Below are positions 14,415-51,842 of a stretch of 64,000 nt of DNA, piece after piece (position 1 is the stretch's first letter; each line of letters opens with the position of its first letter). The stretch spans positions 11,346,001 to 11,410,000 of the forward strand of contig OZ365112.1 in assembly GCA_977030845.1 (NCBI GenBank), given 5' to 3'. The notes under the pieces are model-generated. The model was not told where the DNA came from. It searched no databases and saw only the letters and a program-made list of their open reading frames with translations. The DNA comes from Fimbriosthenelais zetlandica. Its lineage: Eukaryota. The position numbers and the translations under genes are program-made.

Positions 14415-16163
14415 AATTTTGAATAGAAATGTACCATTGACCATTGGTCTTATGATAATCTTCCAATACTAATATTACAAATGAAACTATATGAACAAAG
14501 TACATCTATTTGGCTGCGACAAATACTTTTATTGCTTAATGCATACCTGTTCCTCGTACAATTTTGACATATCAGCATGTCATAAATATGTATATTCTAT
14601 GAGGATGATAAGTGACATGATACAAGTGCACTAGAGGTCCCAAGTGGTTAGATTTAATTATTTCCAATCGACCAAGACACTTCATGGTCTTACAAAGTAA
14701 ATTCTCTGAATAGACCAGATAGACTTTTTGGCTTTGATAGGTATTTAGTTACATCACGAAGTGATACAGATGTTAGTCTCTATTCAGCGTGGTGGTCAGG
14801 CTAAGGGTTATATTGTGAAGATGTACATGTAGTCACAAATATAACTGTGCTTCACACATTTAGTCTAGAATTCAGATTCATTATGGGCAAAGGGTTCTTT
14901 TGGCATTTTTTTTTTGCTAGTTTCAAAAATACTCAAGGGAATTTTAAAGTCCAGTCAAAACAGTATGTATGAGAGATGTAACAGGAACAAAGTACCAGAG
15001 TTGGGAGTCAAAATTCATCAAAAGTTTGGGTATGAACAATATATGGAAACTACCGTGTTGTGGTATACATATTTGAGATACATACTTAAGGGGGTAAAAT
15101 GAAGGTTATATTGGGACATATTGATAACACATTTAATGAGCTACCTCGTCAAAAATGGTGAAGACGAGGTGAGCCCACATTAATTATACCTCGGTGTGAT
15201 ATGTTTGTACCGTACAACAAAGGGGAAACGAACTGACCACAGAAGATTATTAGTCATCACAAAATCAATGAGATATTACAAAACCAATGGACAGCTTGCC
15301 AAGTGCTGAGCCGTTTTGTTACGATCTATATAATAAGGTATAACGCCCCTATATTACAGTCTATCGAGAGTGTTCATAATGCTAAGGGTGTTGATAAGTC
15401 CATGCTGAGATCGAGTGATTTGTGCATGTTGAAGTGTGATGTTCTTAAGGCGTTGCTACCACAGAATATACGGTATTACAGACTATCTCATATCGTGCTT
15501 CATATCATATACGCGAGAATTGGTCTCTCAATAACAACACAGATTTTGAATCTAGGAATCAACCTAAGAAAACATTGGTTTAAATCAAAGTTACAAATCA
15601 TGGTTATTCCAGGAAAAAGTTGATTAATCCTTTACACTTCATTTGTTGATTCTTATAAATTAATAAACGAGAGATCGTATTAAAGTCTTTCAACATGACT
15701 ACCTATATTGATTTAAACAATCCATTACTGTTAAATGCAATCCAACAAACGTGGACCATCCTGCCTGCATAAACCTTTAAATGCAATAATATTAACTGCA
15801 TCACCAGTTTGGACCCTTCTCACCAACGATACCACTCTTTTCATAAATTTTTAAACTCATTTTTGGAATTTACCAATTCCAGATGTTTGTGTAGCCATCT
15901 AAAACAACTAACATTACCCAAAATTTGTATTTTGGTACCCGCCATTAAAAAATATGTCTTGCTACCAAATTGACCATATAAATCTAAAATCCTATCTTAT
16001 TTTCACTGTTTAAAATCTATTCACCACCACCAGATCAATGAGCGTTTGGAGAAATATTCAGCTTGTAAACATTTCAATCTATACAATTCTCATGTGCTAG
16101 GACATCGTTAAATCTTTCAGGATTTAAACCATTCACTACACAGCCAACTGTTACGTTACGTTA

Positions 16164-16207
16164 ACTGTCACTTACAGGCCTACTGTCACTTACAGGCCAA
16201 CTGTCAC
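16164..16207. repeat. 18-bp tandem repeat (ACTGTCACTTACAGGCCW x2.4)
   Basis: Direct reading. Confidence 0.75.
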
Positions 16208-18733
16208 ATCATTTACAGTGATTATCAATACCGGCATCTCCTTACATGGATAAAATCTACCGTTAATTAAAACAAGTCATATGTCAAATATCAACAATGT
16301 AAAATGTCATTTGGATGGGGGGAAACACGTTTTTTAAACACCGAGTTTGTATGTATAACGTTATCAACGTTGATCCTATCTTGTTAAAAAAAAAGAAAAT
16401 GGATTTGCCTGTTTGAAGGATCCATGTTTGTTTTATGTTAAACCCTCGCCTCCAGGGCAGGGTAGATCATCAAGCTCGCGGCTTACTGAGCAGAATATCA
16501 ACAGTTAACAAGTTATCATCAACTCAGTCCTCGCCATAAAAATATGCTTGAAAACATCCTGGGCCTCACCGGCAAGACCTAGATCTATAATATTTTTGTC
16601 ATTTTCTCCCCATTTAATTAAATATGGGTTACAAAAGAGATCTTCCACGGATCACAATACTACTAAGGACGTTTGACATTAGACTTGACTCAAGATCAAG
16701 TGCTCAAAAATTTGTCATTTTGGCTAAATGGAAAGAACACGGACAAATATGTATAAGCCTAAATGAAGGCATTTGACTGATAATTCCACCAAATTTAGTT
16801 GTATAATATTTTTACGCAAATTACATTAAATTTCATGTCAATCTTTTGGGAACAGCTGTCGATAAAGGAATTCTCTCCTCCTCAAATCTATAATATTCAC
16901 AGGCAATAAGATGGATGAATGGTGCTCAAACACATTCAGGCCTCACTGGCGTAAATCAAATCTCAAATACAGTCGCAAAAAAACTAGTATACGCGGATAT
17001 AATGATGGTGAAACTAGTACATCACCATGGCTATATATGACAACATGCTGCAAAAACCTGACAAAAATATTAATGACAAGATAACATGCTTTAAATTAAA
17101 ATATACGCCTGACCCAGCATCAAAAGGTGACTTTTTGACTACTATTCCACTTCACATACTTTCATGAGTAGATTATGTTTCATCATGCAAATAATAAATA
17201 GTGTACCATAATGCAATCATGACACCGCACTCACTCACAGTCACTATATGTTAGTATATCTCGCACTCTGTGTATTATTCAGTGCTTCGTGCTTCGGTTC
17301 TACTATATGGATAACGTGTTGTGAAGTACATAATCTAATTGATATGAGAAGTGTGCTATTAAGGAAAACAACTGAAAACATAATTATTATGTATGTATGA
17401 TAAACCGAAATACTATGTGTATCCACACTATCGCGGAAAACAATTTGGTATAAGGTTAATTTTTGGTTACATTTTGTATATCAGACTACCTTTTCCATCT
17501 TTGGTAATTCTTACACGGATTTTTAGAATTTGTAACTCCCTCCCTTGTTCATGACTAGGAGATCAATATTTATGCATATAAAGTCCCATGGATCATGAAA
17601 TAGACCTGATTTTCTTCTATCGTTAAAATCTACTTTACTGAGCCGAGGTTAATATCAAAGCTAAGTCTATAATTTTTGGCTAAATTTCTTTTTTTTCTCA
17701 ATCGAAGCGCGAGCCTCTGGCAAGATCGTCTGATATTAATATTACAATTGTTATGTCTAATTTAAAAAAGTAATCAATAATTAATATAAACAGGCCCTCA
17801 GTTATTGCCATTACAATGATTATTCCTGATTTTAAAAAAACAACATATTCAATCAAAATTAACATTAAATATTAAGGTAAAATCCTTCCAAATATCTCCT
17901 TAAAACAGAAGAAAACCGACCTAAGCACTTATCTTGGGCTTCAAAAAATTCAACTTAATCATATCTCGATCACAATTAAATATTAGTTACACACAACCTA
18001 AATCTATCATTTCATAACGCGATTGAAACATGCATAAAATGTGACATAAACCTCTAAAAAAAATCAGAAATTGACGAGCATTATATCAATCAATCACCGT
18101 GTCCTAGATTAGGATTAAGTTGACTCCCTTACATTGAGGGTATACATATGTATATCTATATTTGAGCATCCAATGTCTAGCTCAATGTTTGGCTAGAGAA
18201 GACTAATGTATTTATTACTAGACGGTAGGTGCTGGAAACATCAGACTCTTTTCTTGTTATGAGAATGAGAGTCGGCACAGAGATATATATAGGTTGATAA
18301 TACATACATGAGTGCTCCACCTTGGTCCTAATTACCAATTAACAAATCAAACCAGTTCTGACCATTCCGTCTTCATTAGGTGGAGTGCAAAGATAATCGA
18401 TCCCATGCTCTCCACAAAGATTCCAGTGAGGGAAAATATCAAAGATTTAAATGACCGCAGTCAATCAAAAAAGAGCATGATTGTGGAGAGCAAGGGTTTT
18501 CCCATACATTATTATTTATCATATGAGATTAGGCCGATAATCTGTATAGATAAGGACAGATGAGCTTTATCCTCCTGTGTTACTGAACTTAGACAGAACT
18601 CCTCGTTCACCTAGGATCATTTCTCCCACCAAGAACCAGTCCTAAGTTTTAGATGACTAAGCATAGATAGCCACTCTCACTCCTCACTTTGTTTTAAGGG
18701 GTAGGGGGTCGGGATAAGGGTTAAGGGATATGG

Positions 18734-19161
18734 CTGGTAGTAGGGTAGTAGAGGAGGCCGTGTTATCACTAGGATGGTGTCTGGTAGTAGGGTAGTAGAG
18801 GAGGCCGTGTTATCACTAGGATGGTGTCTGGTAGTAGGGTAGTAGGGGAGGCCGTGTTATCACTAGGATTGTGGCTGGTAGTAGGGTAGTAGAGGAGGCC
18901 GTGTTATCACTAGGATGGTGGCTGGTAGTAGGGTAGTAGAGGAGGCCGTGTTATCACTAGGATGGTGGCTGGTATTAGGGTAGTAGAGGAGGCCGTGTTA
19001 TCACTAGGATGGTGTCTGGTAGTAGGGTAGTAGAGGAGGCCGTGTTATCACTAGGATGGTGTCTGGTAGTAGGGTAGTAGAGGAGGCCGTGTTATCACTA
19101 GGATGGTGTCTGGTAGTAGGGTAGTAGAGGAGTGTTATTATAAGGAGGCCGTGTTAGGATG
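18734..19161. repeat. 47-bp minisatellite, 8 full copies plus a degenerate partial, in the SEC14L1 3' UTR
   Basis: Unit CTGGTAGTAGGGTAGTAGAGGAGGCCGTGTTATCACTAGGATGGTG(T/G) starting at 18734, 18781, 18828, 18875, 18922, 18969, 19016, 19063, 19110. Confidence 0.95.
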
Positions 19162-19183
19162 GCGTCTCCTTCTTGGCCGGTAG

Positions 19184-44105
<24,922 letters not shown>

Positions 44106-44439
44106 CTTGGAAATGTTTCCTGATGCCAACAACACAAATAGGCACCAGAAGGTTCAGTATTTGTCAGGTCCGCATTGAAATATCCACAAGTGTTGATCAC
44201 CTCACCACTGCTCACGTCAATCTTCCATTCACAAACCTAAGCACTCTGACTATATCCACCGGAAACTTGCCCAGAAAAAGTAGTCCCAGAATGAGAGCAA
44301 AGTTTCTGACATTGAGCAACCCTATCAATCCATATATCACCTGCGACGTATTACAGATGTTGTACGGAGATATTTAGAATCAGATTTCACTTTGGAATTT
44401 TGGATAATTTATTACCATTTCCTCCTGATTTCCGAATTT

Positions 44440-44560
44440 TAGTATCATACCGCGTGACGTCAAACTGTGTAAAGATCTTGACGTAAGCTGCTGCCACCGT
44501 GTAATGTGCGGATAATTTTGGAACCGCATAGCATGTGCGCGACTACTAATATTTATACAT
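44440..44560. promoter_or_regulatory. Probable shared promoter region of SEC14L1 (-) and the Kelch gene (+)
   Basis: Full CRE TGACGTCA 44455-44462, TGACGTAA 44479-44486, CpG cluster; the two ATGs are 1.2 kb apart and divergent. Confidence 0.55.
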
Positions 44561-45300
44561 GTTGGTCCTTTTCTGAATAAGACTTAATTCTGATCCTTAT
44601 GCCAATATAAATTGTGAAATAGATTCAATAATAGCCAATTCTATAGAAATCATATCTAATCATTATTAACCTACAAAGTGAAATAGTCCGAAATTAAGCA
44701 CGTACACTGCGTTGCATGCACGCCAATCTATCACTTCCGATTCAAGGGATCCTAAATCAAAACAAGAAGGTCTGGGTTGTTTTATTTTACTCTTATTTCT
44801 GAATTTATGCAACTCCTTCCGTGACTGATTAGTGTTTTGTGTCCAATGGTTCTGGATGACGTATTGCAGAAGAAAAATAGGTAATTATATTACAAACGTA
44901 GCATTAAACCGGCCTGGATGTGCCAGGGGCAGAGCATCCGTTCCTCCCCCGGGCCGTGACGGCGTGACTTGAGGCTTGTTCAGTTGTTGACTATGTCAGG
45001 CTACCAAAAGTGAAATTTCTCCCTCATTAACGTTAGACTCTCTTTACCTTTAGTCTTGCATTAGATAGAGCCTTGGTTGAAATCTGTAACTGAATGATAT
45101 AATTTGCCCCAGGACATAATTGTCCTTGGTCAAACATTTTTTAAAATTACAAACTTCTTGCATAAATTGTATTATTTATGCAAAAAGTTTAGGCATTTAA
45201 CTTTGTATAAAATGTTCCTAGCCTACACTCCTGCCATTTGTTATTCCAGAAACTAAGTCGTAGGTCTTCCGGTAAGCCTGTCGTATACGGTATTGGAGAC

Positions 45301-47166
45301 ATGGGCGAAGTTTGGGATCTAGACCTTCAACATTGTTGGAAAAGCCGCCTTGGCAGTACCTTCGTGGAAAATATCGGGCAGCTGTATAAAGATAAAGAGC
45401 TTGTGGATTATCTCATCCATGTGGAAGATAAACAGTACTACGTTCATAAATTTGTTATGGCCGTATACAGCGATTTTTTCAGGACTATGTTCAGGAATCA
45501 ATTTAAGTCAAGTGAAGGGAGTTCTGTTACTCTGTTTGAACCAGTGACAAAAGCTGGTTTCGAACCTGTTCTGAGGTTTATTTACGAAGACAATATTCTT
45601 GACGTCGACAAGGGAAATATCGTGGCCGTTTTGAGTTGTTCATCAATGTTACAAATTCCTTTGATATCTGATATGTGCATTGAAAACCTGTCCGATTGGA
45701 TTGACATTGACACGTGTATTGACATATTGAACTTAACCCTGTTGTACAATCTAAAGTCAAAGGACATTGATTTACTGGCAGAATCGTTAGACTCCATCAT
45801 TACACATTTTGACACTCTGGTTGAAAGACCAGAATTTCTTGAATTAAGTGTTGATTCTCTGAAGTTGGTCCTTGCGTCAGAGAAACTTGATATATCTGAA
45901 ATTTATAGACTACAACTGATTCAGAAATGGATTGATTCGGACGAGAGCAGAGTAAAGGACGCGACTGTCTTACTAGAGACAATAAGGTTTTGCCTTATAA
46001 ACCCAGAAATACTGCCAAAATTAGCTGATTCATTACCCTTCCTGAAAGATACTCCAACGTTTCAAAAGGCACTGGATGAAGCAATCTCGTGGCACCAACT
46101 TCCCATTAAGGATCGAGTATTAATGGACACCGTTAACTCAGGGGTACGATCCCCACCGTGTGTACTTGCTTTAGGAGGCGATATCTACTCAGAAAACCCA
46201 GAAAAAAACCCCAATGAAACTATGTATGCTCTAAGAGTTGATGATTTTGAATCAGATGAATTGATTTCTGAGTGGGAGCCTGTGGCAGATTATACACCAC
46301 CTCGTACCCCGATTTTGAGGAACTGCTCGGCTGCTGTGGTGAACAATTATTTAATACTTTGTGGTGGATTCAAAAATGTCAAAGACCATGTTGCCACTAG
46401 TGCCTGCCACATTTTAGATCCAAGGACGATGCAATGGGGAGTCATCTGTTCAATGAATGTGGCCAGAGCCCATGCCGCTATAGCAGTTCATAACAATCAA
46501 ATCTTGGTTTTTGGTGGGGAGAATAAAGGACACTTCACTAACATTGTAGAAAGGTATGATTTCAAGAATGACCGGTGGGAAAGTCTGGAAAGACTTCAGA
46601 AAGGGATCTCCAGAGCTGCGGCCTGTACCTTTGATAATCTAATCTACATCATTGGGGGTCATTTCAAGGCTGGCAGAATCATAAAGAACTCTAGGTCTGT
46701 CCATGTATTCGACCCAAACACACTTAACTGGACTTACAATCCAGAACTGAATGTTGCACTCCATGGACATTCAGCACTTGTGATGTCAGATCTCAATTCT
46801 TGCACCCCTAGGTCCTACCTCACTTCTAGATGTATCAAGGTAGTGCCAAGATCCTCCAATTTCATACATTCATACTTCCCCATCAACGGCAAATGGTGCA
46901 AACATAGACTGAATGAAGAACCGCCCGGTGATGCTAGTATAGTGGAACATGATGAGAGGATATACTACATCAATGGGTGGGTGACGAGTAGAGAGAATGG
47001 ATACAAAGAAAGACACTACCATGCCTGTGCCGTCTACTGTTCAAAAACTACGGGTTTCTTCCGGCTCAAGTTCCTTGACGTGTTCCGCGAGGAAGTAGAA
47101 GGACTCCTGACGTGTACTTTGAGTGTAAACTCTCATGCAAATGAAACTTTAGATCATGTGAACTGA
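45301..47166 (+). CDS. Kelch-like BTB-BACK-Kelch protein, single coding exon, 621 aa
   Basis: BTB (HKFVMAVYSDFFRTMF, VLRFIY), BACK (IQKWID, IRFCLI), Kelch repeats with GG (LALGG, ILCGGF, VFGGE, YIIGG); first ATG 45301; acceptor TTATTCCAG ends 45249. Confidence 0.92.
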   Translation: MGEVWDLDLQHCWKSRLGSTFVENIGQLYKDKELVDYLIHVEDKQYYVHKFVMAVYSDFFRTMFRNQFKSSEGSSVTLFEPVTKAGFEPVLRFIYEDNILDVDKGNIVAVLSCSSMLQIPLISDMCIENLSDWIDIDTCIDILNLTLLYNLKSKDIDLLAESLDSIITHFDTLVERPEFLELSVDSLKLVLASEKLDISEIYRLQLIQKWIDSDESRVKDATVLLETIRFCLINPEILPKLADSLPFLKDTPTFQKALDEAISWHQLPIKDRVLMDTVNSGVRSPPCVLALGGDIYSENPEKNPNETMYALRVDDFESDELISEWEPVADYTPPRTPILRNCSAAVVNNYLILCGGFKNVKDHVATSACHILDPRTMQWGVICSMNVARAHAAIAVHNNQILVFGGENKGHFTNIVERYDFKNDRWESLERLQKGISRAAACTFDNLIYIIGGHFKAGRIIKNSRSVHVFDPNTLNWTYNPELNVALHGHSALVMSDLNSCTPRSYLTSRCIKVVPRSSNFIHSYFPINGKWCKHRLNEEPPGDASIVEHDERIYYINGWVTSRENGYKERHYHACAVYCSKTTGFFRLKFLDVFREEVEGLLTCTLSVNSHANETLDHVN

Positions 47167-48206
47167 TAACATGTTGATCTAATAGTCACTGTCAATAACT
47201 CAAGAGCTTAAACCGACCTGTGCTCCAAGATAAATGCCTACACTGTTTAATATTTGTAGTGCTGATGTGAAGGATTTTCGTCGTTAATCGTCTGTTATAT
47301 AATAATATATTATTATGGTTGGTTCAATTTCAGACAGACATGCATCTAGTATCTAGGTGCGTTTTGAATAGAATTGTTTGAGTGTAGATCTCTCAGCCCT
47401 GTATTATAAGAAGTACCGTATTATAAAAATGACAAGTGTATTCGGTCACCAAAAATATTTCTGAAAGGAAGGAAAGAATTACAAGCAATTGTAGTTACTT
47501 TTTGTGTGTGTATTTTAATGAACACTCTCCAACCTTTCTTTTTTATCATTTATTATACATGTTCATGTCGGTAGACCGTATACGGTACGATTACTCACAA
47601 TAAGCCTGGATTACGTCAGTCTTTCCTTCCCTTATTGGGTGGACGATGAATAATCTTATTTTCCTTTTACATTATATGTAACATAGTGTCAATTTCTCAG
47701 TGTGTATAGTAGTCTCCGAATCTAGGAAGAAAGAGTTTTTTTTTGCCAGAATGGGTCCTACACCGGTATGCAGTTAAATTGAATAACTGGTAGTTATCTT
47801 ATTTTATGCAAATATGATTGTGTTCAGTTTGATCATGATGAATGTATCTTCGGTTTAACGAAAATCTTTATTCGCATTACCTATTTTTATTGTTTTAGAA
47901 TTAATTTTAGAAGACCAAATGTGAATATGGAACCGCCATGGAAAAAAATAAGTAGGCCTAAGCTTAAAGTTACGCGTATTCCGTAATTTTCTTTTTAAAA
48001 TAGAAGAGGGACAATCTGTAGGGGCTAATACCGGTATACTATAATCTGGAACCGGTAGAGAGTTTGTAGGTTGATATGGTACGGTAATAAGGTTTGTGAT
48101 ATTACCAAAGATTATAAATAGGAGTTGGATATTTTATTCTCCGTCTTTGATACTAGCTTATATAGGCCTACGTTAGTCTTTGTAGATCCAGGAAATAAAA
48201 CTTATT

Positions 48207-48379
48207 TGTCTTTCATACTGCCATATCGTTTTGAAACAAAATATCATGGTTTTTTCACGAAGCGAAAAACTAACCCTACCTCCGGTTCAGATCGATCCCT
48301 GTAGCGCCCTCTCCCACTTAAGCCTTGTCCATCGACGGAAGAATCGGGAACTAAAGATTTTCAAGATGGCCGCCGTGTT
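48207..48379. repeat. Copy of promoter-like module also present at ~55918-56100
   Basis: Shared AAAACTAACCCTA..TCCGG..CAGATCGATCCCTGTAGCGCCCTCTC..ATCGACGGAAGA..CGGGAACTAAAGATTTTCAAGATGGCCGCCGTGTT; YY1 motif CAAGATGGCCGCC at 48362-48374 and 56083-56095. Confidence 0.9.
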
Positions 48380-48937
48380 AGTATTGTGTCAAGTTTACAT
48401 AAAATTCCCGTCTTTTGTACTATGAATTTCAGCACTTTCTAAGTTTCTTTCTCCAGCTGTTTTTTATGGTAAATCCCATGGCCGCCATTTTGTAGCCTAT
48501 AGAAAGTAAACAATTAGAAGGCAATCAGGGGGGTGGGGGTTGGTCATGTACAGTGCGCTCTCCCTCCCCTCTCCTACCCCCTCCCCCATACACACACACA
48601 TAATATAAAATGTGAATGTTTTGCTAGTTTGTCAAGGAATGACTTGTGTTAAATAATTATATTGGAAATAAATACCTGTATTTCTGGGGAAATGTATGTA
48701 TCTAATATCCGGATGACCCTAGTGTTGGATTTGGAGGAGATGTAACAGTGAAATACATGTTAAAATGCTAATATCGCACCACACTGAAGACTGAGGAAAG
48801 TCTTAGTATTATGTCAAGTTTACATCCTTTTTACTATGAATTTCAGCAATTTCTATGTTTGTTTCTCCAGCTGTCTGGTATGGTAAATCTCATGGCCGCC
48901 ATTTTGGATAGATGGTAAACAATTAGAAAGCTATCAG
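48378..48937. repeat. Local direct repeat (48378-48528 and 48803-48937) carrying YY1 sites
   Basis: Both copies contain TTTCTCCAG-12 nt-GTAAAT and GCCGCCATTTTG (48481-48492, 48895-48906). Confidence 0.85.
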
Positions 48938-49094
48938 AGGCACTGTGGTGTGGGGGTTGGTGTCCCTCCCTCCCTCTCCCCTCCCCTACCAGGGGGCGAT
49001 TGAGGCAAGGCGATTCTCGCCACATGATTGGTGGAGGGCTCTCGTTGGCAAGGAAGCTATTGTTGCTTCTCTGCCTTTCTCTGCCTGTCACTTA

Positions 49095-49152
49095 GCCATA
49101 GACGCTCATAGAGAGAGGAAGTTGGATCGCCAGCTCTCTCTATGTCTATGGC
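49095..49152. repeat. 58-nt imperfect hairpin
   Basis: GCCATAGA/TCTATGGC (8 bp) plus CATAGAGAGAG/CTCTCTCTATG (11 bp). Confidence 0.8.
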
Positions 49153-50460
49153 GCATTTCGTCTGGGCAATTCACATTCATGGTTTGTACTCATCTTTTTA
49201 TTTATGGTCATTGAAAGTGTTATGTCAAAGAAAGTGTGCTGATTTCCAGGGTGTTGCTTTGAGAATGTGAAGAGAATTATTTGTCATATTTGGAATAATT
49301 TGATGCTTTTTAATGTCTTGGAGATCGGAGTATTGAAAGTTTGGTGTTCTGGTTTTACGTCGAAAGGAATATTTATATCATAGGGATTTGGATTACACAT
49401 TTGGATTACACTTTTACAAAGATTGTTTCATAATTATTTGAATAGATGTTGATCTATTTAGATATATCTGTCACTGTCTAGAGCATTATTTATCAAATCG
49501 TTTCGCCATGGATTCTTGTAGAAACGGTCGACTTCAGTGTTTGAAAGATTTTCATGTTCTAAATTTTCCATTTAAAGAAATACATTTGTTGAAATGCAAA
49601 TGTTTCAAAATTAAATTGTTTACACCAAATTCCTGGTAACTGTAACACATTTATACCGATTTCCGAACAATGTTTAGAATCATTCGTATTCCCTTTGTCT
49701 TTTTCGGACTATGTCCACTTTGAAACTACAATCCTTATAGTTGTTTTGATAAATTTATTCAACTTCTTGTTCAAGTGATTTAAGATTTGGATAAAACATT
49801 GATAAACCAATTCACCAAACTTTCACCATTTCACTCGTGACATTTATTGCTATTTATTATATACGCAATACTTCGAGGTTATTTCTTGATTTCTACACAT
49901 TGCAAAAATACATTTTCAAAGCATTCACATGGATACAGTTGGATATTTGTAATTTTGTGGGATAAATGATTTTCTGGTTGATTACCTAGGTCCTAGTTCT
50001 CTTGTATAATTGCTTTTTCTTTCATGTTCTGTTTTTAAACAACTATCTATTTATAAGTGGGTATATCAATGAGATATTATAGTGATACCATCAATTAATC
50101 TGAGCTCCCATGACAATTTATGACACTTTAATAAATGTATTTTAAATTTAATTTCAGACGCCTGCCCAGCCAATAAGGAAATGCGAGTATACTCATCGTG
50201 AAGCAATCTTTTGACCAGTGCCTTTGCTGGTGGGGAGATTGTTGTTTTTTATCAAAACTTTCAGTTTAAGTTTTCTCCTTGATGTTGTTGGAAAACATGG
50301 GATAAATTATTAATATGAAAATTAATTAACTTTCTGCTCTACCTGATCAGTTAAAAGATGAACTAATATAATATTTTACATTTATCCCAGCAATGTTTTC
50401 TAACACATCCTATCGTGTTTCCTGTTTTCTTTTCCCTCTCCGCCTGTATACATGTATTTT

Positions 50461-50533
50461 CCTTTTTCTTTTTTTCAGAATTGTTCTTTTTTTCAGAATT
50501 GTTCTTTTTTTCAGAATTGTTTTTTTTTTTCAG
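50461..50533 (+). repeat. 18-bp tandem array of 3' splice-site consensus (T7CAG x4)
   Basis: AG ends at 50478, 50496, 50514, 50533; unit AATTGTTCTTTTTTTCAG. Confidence 0.9.
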
Positions 50534-50585
50534 TGTATTTTTAAGTGGTAAGTCCTGGTAAAGGGATGGTTGGGCTTGCTGCATC

Positions 50586-50721
50586 AGGAGACTCTTGAAC
50601 TCTGCTTTAGTTTAGAGGGTTATTAGGAGTCAGGGATGACAGTTCCTAGGTTTATATTGGCCAGGTTCTGTAGCTGTTCTGCAGCTTGATGTAGGCTTCT
50701 AGAGTAACCTGGAGTACAAGT
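50586..50721 (+). ncRNA. Candidate intronic H/ACA-like snoRNA
   Basis: Hairpin ~50586-50646, imperfect H box ATATTG 50654-50659, hairpin CCAGGTT..AACCTGG 50661-50712, ACA 50716-50718. Confidence 0.25.
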
Positions 50722-51842
50722 ACCGCTGTTGCCTTCCTTTTTGTTTGTTTGTATGTATGTTTGTTTGTATTTGTATGTTAGATTCTGTTAAGAAATTTCC
50801 TTTGCAGCAATACAAATTTGATTTAACTTTTGAAAGAATTTGATTTAACGGTCTGGAGACCGATTATTTTTAAGGTGACTGCCGACAAGTTCTCCTTGAC
50901 AGGAGGGTGAGAGGAGAGTGATGGCCCATTCATGAAGACACTGGACCCTCCACATCACCTGTATCTACGGGAGTCAAGCAGATAACAGTTAGGGGAATTA
51001 TATATGCTCAACCCAAGGTAAGCAAATAGCACTAGTATTTGTTTTTCTGATTATGTATAGTTTCTGAATATATGCATATTCAGTTCTAATTTCTTTAACT
51101 CTAATTTCAGTGAAGCTGACCATCTTCACCAGTTCAGAGTGATCAAGTTTGTGATTAAATGCTTTGGACTTCCTTTCTTCAGGGATTCCTTGTATGAGTA
51201 TCAAATTGAATTATACAAGGAAATGAAGTAAGCTTTTATAAATATTTACTAAGCTCCTGGTAACATATTTTACGGTTATAATTGCCTCGAGTTGTTGCAT
51301 TATTTTTCTATATGAAAATTCTTTGATAAGAGCTTGAAATCAACCAGCTAAAAATCATGTAGACAAGTTGTGATTAATAGATTAATTGCCTTCAGCAACT
51401 CGTATCCTTGGACAAGTGGGGACTGGTGGAAGCGATGTGAGATCTTGTTCAATCAGGAGCCACTATATCCATAGTTTACACCCTAGGTAACATTTAGCCA
51501 GGGTTTACAATGGTGACGGTCCCTTGGTGGTCTCAATTAGCCAGGGACTTGTTAACCTCCTCACGTACAAGTTCTACTGTCGTTTCTCTGGTTTCCATTT
51601 GTCATATAATTGGTATCAACTTTCTCTGGCCCAAATTCTAACTGAACTCTCAAGCTCTTATCAAACTGTTTGTTCTCACCAAAGTGAATTTCCTTCTGAT
51701 AGGCTTTATTTTTTCACTAAAAGTAAAATTGAACATTTTAGACCATTTCGTGAATCTCATGTGTTTTGAGTATCTTTTCAGTGATTCATGAGGTGAACGT
51801 TTCTGGTGATCTGCTATATTGACCTCGATCAACCACAGATGT

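Noticed and set aside
15303-15623. 106-aa ORF between MPG and SEC14L1
   Set aside because: GTG start, no recognisable domain or splice context; the region is probably 3' UTR or intergenic
18734-19161. CRISPR-like array or let-7 target array
   Set aside because: No unique spacers and a eukaryotic context. The mRNA has CCTACTACC (complementary to let-7 nt 4-12) but lacks the CTACCTC seed match.
45238-45300. TTG start extending the Kelch ORF to 642 aa
   Set aside because: TTG lies in a pyrimidine tract before the acceptor at 45249; the first ATG is 45301
50363-50584. ORF with KKNNSE repeats
   Set aside because: Antisense reading of the T7CAG tandem repeat
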